A DNA stretch of 64,000 nucleotides from Octopus sinensis (Eukaryota): assembly GCF_006345805.1 (NCBI RefSeq), contig NC_043021.1, positions 24,490,001-24,554,000 of the forward strand. Reading direction: 5' to 3'. Shown in pieces: positions 53,945 through 64,000 of the stretch (its first letter is position 1; every line of letters starts with the position of its first letter). The notes below the pieces were generated by a model. That model was not told the origin of the DNA and made no database searches. It saw only the letters and a program-made list of their open reading frames with translations. Both the position numbers and the translations under genes were made by a program.

Positions 53945-54727
53945 TGTTTCTTTATTAGCCACACAGGGCTGCACACAGATAGAACAAATTACAAGGTAGA
54001 GCTTTTCTTTTGAAGGTTTAAAAAAAAAATAATAATAATAATAAAATAAAAAATAAAATAAAATAAAAAAGGGGGGGTCGATCAAAAGGGATCGTAAAAG
54101 GAGAGAAAGAGGACAAAAATAGGGGGGTTTAAAAAAAAGGGGGAGAGGAAAAAAATTGATCAATAGGGATCGTTATCACAGAAATGTCAATATGAAGTGT
54201 AAAGGGGAGGACAGGTGAGGTTTACCCGTGGAAAGAAAAGTCTACGGAAAAGACCACGGTAACCTCGGTCAATGAAGTCACATGTTATATTTCTTTTTTT
54301 TTGCAAATAAGCAACTCTCTGTATTAATTTTTACGGTTCATAGAATCATAGTCAAGGTGGCTTCGTCATTCATACGTGCCATCCTTGCTACATTCACCCA
54401 TCTTTTTTTAAAACATTCATTAGACAAAACTTGCCTCTCTACTCTCACTTTCCTCTTCAAGTGATACTTGAAGAAGTTGATGAGAGATTGACCAGAGAGG
54501 TAAGTGTTTGTCTCTAATCCTTTCAGGCGCGTCCACCAGATACATTCTTTCGCCATAGCCACAAGGATGATAAAAATAGCTCTTCCTTCCCGTTTGAAGG
54601 AAGGAGGCGTGACAATATTGACGATAGACTCGGCTGATAAACCGACACGTCCCACACGTGACAGCAGTCGTTCGACGTAAGCCAACAGGTCGGAAATTGC
54701 TGGACACTGCACGATTGCGTGCAGAAG
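53944..54727 (-). mobile_element. 5'-truncated L1/Tx1-like LINE (ORF2 C-terminus plus ~390-nt 3' UTR)
   Basis: Open frame LHAIVQCPAISDLLAYV...AKECIWWTRLK...FKKRWVNV...TMIL* fits the H-x4-C, IW..R and F...W pattern of L1/Tx1 ORF2 ends; the UTR ends in AATAAA. Confidence 0.72.
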
Positions 54728-54729
54728 AC

Positions 54730-54842
<113 letters not shown>

Positions 54843-55277
54843 CAGGGTTAATCAAAAGTCACCTGCCAGTAAATCAAAACCATTTAGCTGCAAGATTTAT
54901 TTATGTTTAACAAGATTAAATTTCATAAAAGCATCTAAATATGAAACATGATGAAAATTGTCCAAACTGAAGTCCTTGAGCGACACATTTTTCTATTTGA
55001 GTCAATACAGAATTACCGATAGTATTTATGGAGTTTTGATTTACTGTCGGGTGACTTTTAACCAAAATCTGTGTGTATAGAGAGAGAGAGAAAGAGGGGG
55101 ATATAGACAGACAGAGCAGCCGCTTGCATCTCTATTTCCCCCTCTTTGTCTTTTTCTTTCTCTCTCTCTCACTTTTACATACACACTACCTCTTTTTCTC
55201 GGTTTCTCTATATGTCTAGCTAGGTAGCAGCTGCCTATATGTCTCACAATTGTGCATGAATGTATATATATATATAT

Positions 55278-55355
<78 letters not shown>

Positions 55356-55449
55356 TCAGGGTATACACACACCTCTCTCTCTCTCTCTCTCTCTCTGTAT
55401 AGCTAGATGCCTCTCTCACAATATGATTCAGTGAGTGTGTGTATGTATA

Positions 55450-55535
<86 letters not shown>

Positions 55536-55568
55536 TTCTATATGTATATATTCCTATATATATACACC

Positions 55569-55606
<38 letters not shown>

Positions 55607-56364
55607 ATACATATATACATACATGCATACACACATACATACATATATACATCCATACATACACACATACATACATACATACATACACACATACATACAT
55701 ATATACATGCATACATATATACACACACATACATACATACATACACACATACATTACATACATACATATATACATGCATACATATATACACACACATACA
55801 TACATACATAATATACACATGCATACATACACACACATACATACATACATACACACACACATACATACATACATACATTATATTACATACATACATACAT
55901 ACATACATATATACATACATGAACCATGACAAGACTAGCCCAGAAACAAAAAGAATCCTTTTGGTTCCACAAGCTATTCGAAATCAGATCATGGGAATGC
56001 TCCCTCCCAACCAACCTCCTACACTATTTCTAAAAATACCAACCCTCCTTGCAATACACACATACTAAATTGGAGATGAAGAAACAACGTTGCTCGTTCC
56101 CTTAAAATTCTTATAAAAAATTCATTTTTGATGTTGACAAAATAATACTCGCTTTCTCCCATCAAATACTGTCTACAAATTCTTTCTGTATGCTTGCTTA
56201 CAAACAATTATGAGTTTATTTTATTTGCCTATTTTGAACACTTATGTAAACTGTTTAAACACAAAGCGTCTCTTAACATTTTCTTAATGTCAAAGACTAT
56301 CACAGTATTTTAATTTTTAACACCACAAAGGCTACACAATGCCTAACACTTTACTTTTGAAAAT

Positions 56365-56409
<45 letters not shown>

Positions 56410-56554
56410 GGATGAATGAATTATCCTTTGTTTACCGTTAACATGGAAAATTCAATAAACAGTTACCAGGGTAGCAAAATTCATGCTAGTAACACGGATG
56501 AAGCGACCTATTCAAAGGCAGAAACTCCGGGTGAATGTGCAGTAATTTGTGTAT

Positions 56555-56770
56555 TATAAGTAAATAAATGGAGTTGAACGAAGATGTTTTTGAAATTCTT
56601 TTATTTTCGACATATGTTTCGAAGGCAACATCAGGAAAGAAAGAGAGCCTATGCTCTCTTTCTTTCCTGATGAGAAGATTGCATTTTACAACATTGTTGT
56701 CTTCTAAACATATGTCGAAAGTAAAAGAATTTCAATAACATCTGGGTTCAACTCCATTTATTTACTTATA
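56555..56770. repeat. Long palindrome P5 (head-to-head Penelope-like repeat) with a hammerhead in each arm
   Basis: Arms meet at gagagc-ctat-gctctc; the left arm lacks 24 nt present in the right arm. Confidence 0.9.
56662..56721 (+). ncRNA. Type I hammerhead ribozyme motif (one core substitution)
   Basis: Stem I ctttc/gaaag; CTGATGA at 56667-56673; stem II GAAGA/TCTTC; tAAA (G12 to U); stem III AC-ATAT-GT; GUC site at 56714-56716. Confidence 0.7.
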
Positions 56771-56771
56771 C

Positions 56772-56831
<60 letters not shown>

Positions 56832-56929
56832 GTGTGTCTGTATAAATATATATATACACATATATATACATATAAATATATATATATATTTACACACATA
56901 TATATACATATATATATGTGTGTGTGTGT

Positions 56930-56972
<43 letters not shown>

Positions 56973-56977
<5 letters not shown>

Positions 56978-57325
56978 TGAAATCTCTACTTAGATTTGAT
57001 GACCAGATCTTATGCATGTCATTACAGGCTGACCAGTCCATACCCTTTCTAGTTAGAAAATCTTTTTCAGATGATGATATGTATGACCCATGATATTTGT
57101 AATCAGAAACCATATTTAAGAGCGTATTGTTGAGAGTATGGATGATGAAATCACTGTTCAACAGGCACTTGTTTACATATTCAGTCTTGGCCTCATTGAG
57201 GTAAAGACCTACACAATTTGAGGCTTGTTCAAGAGATTGTAAAAGAGACTGGGCATTGGAGAGAGAATCACTGATAAGAGCGATGTCGTCAGCAAAGTCA
57301 GTGTCTGTTAAGTGTTCGGCTGTTA
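56973..57325 (-). mobile_element. RTE-clade LINE RT segment (inverted 5' part)
   Basis: Open frame [18 protein letters not shown]...[11 protein letters not shown]...YKYHGSYIS...[12 protein letters not shown]. Confidence 0.9.
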
Positions 57326-57739
57326 AGTGTTCAAAGCCACAGTCGAACCAATTCTACTATATGGCTCAGAAACCTGGACGTTATCAAAGAAGCTTGAGAG
57401 GCGGTTGGATGGAACCTACACTCGCCTCCTTATGAGGGCTCAAAATCTCTCGTGGAAGCGTCATCCAACCAAAATGCAAATATATGGGAAACTACCACCT
57501 GTGTCATCTCTTGTGAAAGGTAGGAGAGTCCAGTTTGCTGGACATTGTTGTAGAGCTGAAAACGAGGTAATTTCTACTCTTCTCCTCTGGAAGCCATCTG
57601 CTCGCACACTCTCCTATCCTGATGTAATCTCCAAGGATACAGGCATCCAGCAACAGGACTTCTGTAATGCTATGATGGACCGTGAAGTCTGGCGTAGCCT
57701 GGTAAATTCCATTGTCTCGACCACGGTCGAACAATCATG

Positions 57740-57740
<1 letters not shown>
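57326..57740 (+). mobile_element. RTE-clade LINE ORF C-terminus (non-inverted 3' part)
   Basis: [18 protein letters not shown]...RVQFAGHC...DREVWRSLV...*; stop at 57738-57740, followed by (TA)n. Confidence 0.9.
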
Positions 57741-57772
<32 letters not shown>

Positions 57773-57899
57773 TATATATATAAACATATATATAATGTGT
57801 GTGTATATATATACATGTATAAAGTATATATATATTTTATATATATATATATATAATCAAAATAAACAGGATATTTAGTTATGTAGTACGACCGTTTCA

Positions 57900-58480
57900 A
57901 GCGGCTCCATTCAATTGAAAAAGGTAAACTTACATCCATATCTTCAGTTTTGCTTAGGTAGTTTCTTGATCTCCAGTGTTGTGACTTCGTCTTCTAAACC
58001 TGCCAAGACGGCCGCCACTAATCAGGTAACGGGTATTTCTGGCGGCACATTCAGCACCCTAATCTTGGCAAGACGTTGGCCACGATAGCTGGGGATTAAG
58101 AAAAAGTTGTAATTCCTCAAAGTGGTTACGGAGTTAGATCTGGCTTCTTCTTCCGTCCCAAATTTCACCTCAGTTTTCGAAACTTCTTTCCTCAGGTGAT
58201 GTGGCTCTTTTGTTCTCACACGCGCCTAAAAGCATTTTTGTACTTCGCTCTCGGGAACATTTTCCGCCCGCCGAGATTCGACTCCGATGCAACGGTGTGT
58301 GACCATGCATCTTGCGATATTTTCGTCGGATATAGGGTTTAGAGCTGCCCTTCACCAATCTCTTTTTACCATTTTTCTTGCTCGTTTTAATTCTTCTTTC
58401 TTAACGTGGAAATTTTCCATATTTCTTGCCAGTGACACAAAAGACACAGAGGTGATATTTGCGTTTATATATTTCATTTC
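57900..58480 (-). mobile_element. Probable LINE ORF1 remnant (L1/Tx1-like)
   Basis: MKYINANIT...VKFGTEEEARS...FLIPSYRGQRLAKIRVLNVPPEIPVT*LVAAVL; mostly open with a few stops; family call by resemblance only. Confidence 0.5.
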
Positions 58481-58736
58481 TTTCGTATTGTTGCTGTTGC
58501 TGCTGCTTGGAGAAGAGGAACCTGCCACAGAAAGAGTATGTGAAATGATGCAAGGAAGTGATGAGAAAAGTGGGTGTGAGTAACCCAGCTTAATCATCGA
58601 AGAAAGGAAAAATTAGTTGCTGGGCCTTATAGGCTGCCGAGTTCAAAATTTGGAACCTGCATTTTTTCCCCTTTTCGTTTTAGTATATGTCATGTTTTCT
58701 ATTTTATTAAAAAAAAACACACAAAAGTTCTCGGTG

Positions 58737-58823
58737 TAAAGGCAAAAGTAAGCCAATGATTCGTTTAAAGGCAAAAGTAAGCCAATGATTCGTTTAAAGG
58801 CAAAAGTAAACCAAGTTTTCGTT
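58737..58823. repeat. 29-bp tandem repeat x3 containing CCAAT boxes
   Basis: taaaggcaaaagtaagccaatgattcgtt twice, plus one diverged copy. Confidence 0.9.
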
Positions 58824-59020
58824 TATGTCATATTACAACTAAATTTTTAAGTCTCATTAGAACTCATATAACATTCTTTGTATTTGTCTGTCTTGTTATG
58901 TCCCTATCTATGTAAGATCGCATGATTGCAATAAAGATTTTGTTATTGTTCTCGTTGTCGACACCGGAAGTTTTGACGTTGCTTAGAGATGAAACAGTTT
59001 TCGCCTCGGTGACGTCATTA
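58750..59020. promoter_or_regulatory. Candidate promoter motif cluster (2x CCAAT, ETS, CRE)
   Basis: agccaatga x2; ccggaagt at 58964-58971; perfect TGACGTCA at 59010-59017; locally CpG-rich. Motif evidence only. Confidence 0.3.
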
Positions 59021-59394
59021 CGTTTAGGCCATTTCAAATTGATATTCTCAATTCTTTCCTTGTTCTCAATCTTCCCCGACAAGAAACACGTTCCTTTGTC
59101 GAACATTATGATGGCTTTTTATCATCCATCTTTAAAAATTGCAAAATATTTGTTTTTGCCGAAAGCCGTTAAAATTCGAAACCTCCCGCATGACAGGCAG
59201 AGTTTCTACACAAAAGTACTCAATGCGCAATCCAGGCAATCTCAGAAATGTAATGTAACGACAGAAATGAAAAGACCGGCGCCTTAGAAAGCCGAAAAGA
59301 TTACAAACACTTTTTCGACTTACGGAGCACCAAATTTCCGTAACTTCACAGTATAGTAACCATAATACTAATAATAATAATAATAATCTTTAAG

Positions 59395-59810
59395 ACGTCG
59401 AGCTAGTAGAAACAAAAAGCTTAGCGGCATTTCTTGCGACATTACATTGAGTTCAAATGCAGCCAGGCTCGATTTTTGCCTTCCATCCTTTTAGAGTCGA
59501 TAAAATAAGCACCAGTTGGATACTGGGGTCGATGGTTTCGACTTACCCCCCACCCCAACCCCACCGAAATTGCTGGCCTTGTGCTAAAATTTGAAACCAA
59601 TAATATTTATCCTTTCTATTATAGGAAGAAGGCCTGAAATCTGTGAGGAGGGTCTGCTCGATCACATCGGTCTCGGTGCTTTCATTGACCCCAGTTGGAG
59701 GAAAGGTAAAGCCGACCTCGGCAGAATTTGAACTCAGAACATGAATACGGATGAAATACCGCAAAGCAATTTGACCGGAATGCTAACGATTCTGCTAGCT
59801 TGCTGCCTAT
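59395..59810. mobile_element. Tail-to-tail inverted pair of decayed SINE A copies
   Basis: Plus copy at ~59395-59600 and minus copy at ~59620-59810. Confidence 0.7.
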
Positions 59811-60956
59811 GCACCAATATTACCGTTATCACTGGTTTTGTGAAAGTTTACTTCCAGACATCAATAATTTCAGCAGCAACCCAATTTCCTTCCTGATGGA
59901 TCTGGGTAGTTGTGAGGTGGAGGCGCGAATTGATCCGGGGGAGATGACGACCTTACAGTACTCAAGGTCGACAGTTCGCATCCTGTTCTGGAGTAATATT
60001 TGTGATTGTGTACTGAGTCACTGGCCTGAGATGAGCAGACAGGTATAATTAGAAACATGTTAAGAAAAGGTTAAAGTTCACGGCTTAAAGAGAAGACTTC
60101 AGCGGAAAGTGTTGCTTCAATTAATTTACAGTGATGCGACCAGAGATATTCCGATGTTCTACGTGCTTGCGCGAGCGCGCGTGTATGTATACATACATGC
60201 AAATATATTATCTAAAACAGATTCGGTTGCATGCGACTTAAAGATTCTGTCGGAAGCCCTCCAGACTAAGTCACTTGCCGTCAAATATATATATACAATT
60301 CCTGTTAAATGTGCTGAGTGCCTCTTTCGTTTGTCCACTCATACATATATAGAAAACATGTACATGTGTACCTCTCTCTCTCTCTCTATCTCTATCTATC
60401 TATCTATCTATCTAGTCCTATAGGACATCGTTTTCCATTGCGTTACTTATAAACACATCTTGTCCCGTTCCGGTGACGCACGGCTTTATTTTGTTTGTAT
60501 ATTTACATCCGTACTCACTCCCTGCGTCGTCTTTGTTTTCGTCACTGTCCTCCATCTTCTCTCATTATTTGCAGCAGCAAAAATGAACAATATTATCCTT
60601 AAAAGCATGAAATGATTTTATGGGCGGTAATTGACGAGGAAAGAGCATGTCCATGTCTTATGTGTAAATTTTCCATTCGTTCCTTTGTCGGGCTTCTGTT
60701 CAATTTATACACCACACACACACACCACACACACACACACGACGGTGTTTCTGGTTTTGAGTAAAACAAAATACAAGAAGAGTTAATTATGATTTTATTC
60801 AACATATTCTCCTCTCAGATTCACACACTTATTGCAGCGGTCCTTCAGTTTTTCTAAGCCCTGGAAAAAGAACTCAGAAGGTTGGGTCTCGAAGCAGGCC
60901 TTTCGCGATACTTTTAAAACCAGGAACTTTCTAGAACCCCTCATATATATGTTACT

Positions 60957-61130
60957 CTCTCTTTACTCTTTTTACTCTTTTTACTTGCTTCAGTCATTTG
61001 ACTGCGGCCATGCTGGAGCACCGCCTTTAGTCGAGCAAATCGATCCCGGGACTTATTCTTTGTAAGCCCAGTACTTATTCTATCGGTCTCTTTTGCCGAA
61101 CCGCTAAGTTACGGGGACGTAAACACACCA
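60957..61130 (+). mobile_element. Interspersed repeat family D
   Basis: ctcttttacttgcttcagtcatttgactgcggccatgctggagcaccgcc...ggggacgtaaacacacca. Confidence 0.85.
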
Positions 61131-61138
61131 TATGTGTG

Positions 61139-61182
<44 letters not shown>

Positions 61183-61826
61183 TGTGTGTGTGAGTATGTG
61201 TGTGTGTGTGTGTGTTTGTGTGTGTGTGTGAGTGTGTGTGTGTGTGTTTCCAACTCATTGCTAACGAATCTAATGATGTTCAAGAATATTATTCACTACC
61301 ACGAATGCTCATTACTAAGTTATTTGAAATATAGGAATTCAGGAACAATTCGTTCCAAAACTTCAATCAATTCCTAAAATTCTTTTAAAAATTAATAACA
61401 GTCACATTATAAGTTAATGCATTTAATAAAGTAACAGCTTCCTACTAACAGTTCAGTAGATACATAAATATCGAGATTAATTCCACTGGAAAGAAAAATA
61501 ATGAAAGCATAACATGCCCGGAGCATTTCAAAAGCGACCTATTTGCCAAGAAAAGATAAAAGCTTAGGAAAATTGAACATTTACGAGAAAACGAACAGAT
61601 GTCTTACACGATAAACAAGATATAGGAAATATGGAATGAAAAAGAATTATTATTATTCGTTTGAAAAATGACTAAATTAACCCTTTAATTACACTGATAA
61701 TTGTTTTCAACATTTGTGATGTCTCGTATAGTGGACATCGAAGGGAAATAATAAGTCAACAGGATTTTGGGTTTTACTTTATGTCTACACACACACACAC
61801 ACGCGTATATATATATATATATATAT

Positions 61827-62096
61827 ACAACTTATAAATAAGGACTAAAGAAAATTATTTCTATGCCAATATGCTGATAACAGACTTTTAAATCCTCAAT
61901 TTCCACATATTATTTACTCGCTACAGAAAATACGTAAAGCTGAAATCGAGGAAATCCTGTTGGTCCGCTTTCCTCGTTTTCAGCTCTACGTGTTATCTGT
62001 AGCGAGTAAATAATATGTAGAAACTGATGATTTAAAAGTCTGTTATCAGCATATTGGCATAGAAATAATTTTCTTTAGCCCTTATTTATAAGTTGT
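61827..62096. repeat. Long palindrome P6 (~128-bp arms, 14-nt spacer)
   Basis: Arms 61827-61954 and 61969-62096 are near-perfect reverse complements. Confidence 0.9.
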
Positions 62097-62334
62097 TTAT
62101 AATTCTAACCTTAAAGGTATTTTAATATGCTGCCACATTTGCTGATGAATTTTTTTCTGTAAAAAAACCTCATCCTATATTAGTAGTATATATATATATA
62201 TATAATATGTCTACACGTTTACACATGTATATATATGTCTAGATAGATAGATATGTTTGCATATACGTATATGTCGCTATTTATTAATTACGTATGTGTG
62301 TGTGTGTGTGTGTTTGTGTGTGTACGCATACATA

Positions 62335-62560
62335 CTGGCACACAGCTAATGGCTGTCCTTTTGCGGTGATCCTCAGTGGTGATATCTCAACGCGAAATAC
62401 GAACGAGCTGCAGGACATGGTGCTCAGACGAGCGAGCGAAACTCCATCCCGCGCGCCAGTTTGGCCTCACACTCTGCACCCTTTCCTGCAGCTCCTGATT
62501 TCGCATCAAATTTCTTAGAGCTTTCTTCTGCAGAAAAATTATCTGGAGCTTCTGTTCCTT
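62335..62560. other. GC/CpG-rich unique island; candidate host exon or regulatory element
   Basis: Stands out from the AT-rich background; several frames are open; product not recognised. Confidence 0.3.
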
Positions 62561-63745
62561 TGGGGGAAATAGAATAAATACAAGATTCTTGGGTAATCTT
62601 TTTCAAAGAAATTATCCAAAGTTAAATGATTGAGTTTATTCTGGACAGCCGAAAATCAGGATGATTTTTATGATAATTACAGAAATCTAATGCATCCGTG
62701 TACAATGCTATTTAAAACATCCGTCTACACTAGAACGTGAGACGATTTTCCTCTGCAAAAATAATCACTGGGGAATCCTCTCCTCATACATAACGAATAG
62801 AAAACATTGGGCTATGAATAATGTCATCGGATCGTGGGTCGCATGCGTTTCTGCGTTGTTAAACATCATCAGCCTCGAATACAGAATGTATCTTTCACAC
62901 CCTTATAAGAATGATATATAAGGACAGCAAGCAGTAGTTTTGCTGGAATGTTTAAAGCTTCATCAAGCTGGAGTTAATCCACCTATTAATTTTCTTTATT
63001 TTACACTAGATTTTCCCCTCTCATCAGAATACAGCTAACGAGTATTAAGAAAGCAGACTTAAGACGGACGGCAGTCAGACTTGTTATAACATCGGAAAAA
63101 ATATGCAGTACTTTTTCCGTCTGTTTACGTTCTGAATTGAAATCTTGCCGGAGTTCAACTTTACTCTTCACCTTCCAGCGGCCATAAATAAAAAAACCGT
63201 CAAATACTAGTGTCCATGGTACTGACTTAAACCAATCCCCTCAAAACTGTTGGTTTTGTGCTTGAATCACAAACAATCAATAAACCAGCATCTGTCTTTG
63301 GCCAAAGACAAAACTTTTAACATGATTCTTTGTTTTCTCCTCTTTACTTTTTTTATTTATATTTAATATTATTTTATATTTTTCAAAATACTTTGCTCAA
63401 TAAATCTAAGTTTAGTGGCTGTGTGTATGCAATATATGTATAAGCATTGCTATGCATACATGTATGTATTTTGAGTCAGTTCTCTGACTCAAAGAGACCG
63501 ACCTGCAAACCGGTGTTGTTTAGGTTGTGTTCTTTTATGCCTTGCTATTTATCTGTTCGACATCTAGGTCCCTATAGAATAAGTACCTGACTGAAATAAA
63601 CACAAGGATCGACTGAGAAATCTCGAAATCGTTTCTCCAGTCTTGACACAGGGCAATGATGAAAACCAGAATAATAAACAGAATAATAAAGCATACTTAC
63701 ACACACACTCATCTTACCCTCCCACACACACATATTCTTGTGTAC

Positions 63746-63783
<38 letters not shown>

Positions 63784-64000
63784 AGAACGTATTAGAGTAC
63801 AATATAAAGCTCGTCCGCATTCAGGTTTCACCCTGTGCTATTCAGAAATAGTAGTATTATACTTACTTCCAGGTTTGCGTTTGAACTTCCGTCATGTGTG
63901 AATAGATAACTGAAGAAAAACTGGAGGCAACAAGGAGAACGAGTGGACATATATTTTCAATCACTACAATTGTGGCTCCTACTAACTTCAGGGTACAATA

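Noticed and set aside
62015-62075. CTGATGA...GAAA hammerhead in the P6 right arm
   Set aside because: No stem II pairing and no room for stem III plus a UH site.

Overview
64 kb of very AT-rich, repeat-dominated animal genomic DNA. The microsatellite load and SINE families resemble an Octopus (coleoid cephalopod) genome; this is inference, not a database result. I found no host protein-coding gene, rRNA, tRNA gene or CRISPR array that I can support; most ORF-track entries are translated microsatellites. The window contains (TA)n/(CA)n/(GATA)n/(TAA)n/(AAG)n arrays, many tRNA-derived SINE copies, LINE remnants (CR1/L2-like, RTE, Dong/R4, L1/Tx1-like), DNA transposon remnants (Tc1, Tigger/pogo, Chapaev-like, MITEs) and a non-autonomous Helitron. 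It also contains six long fold-back palindromes, some carrying hammerhead-ribozyme motifs, as expected of Penelope-like terminal repeats. The most interesting signals are: (1) a type I hammerhead reconstructable from the two arms of one palindrome (56555-56770), plus a variant minimal hammerhead family; (2) a Tx1/L1-like LINE 3' end embedded in (GATA)n whose terminal 35 nt match the tail of one SINE subfamily; (3) an RTE LINE with a twin-priming-type 5' inversion; (4) apparent partitioning of retroelement clades among different microsatellite targets. All alignments and folds were done by eye.
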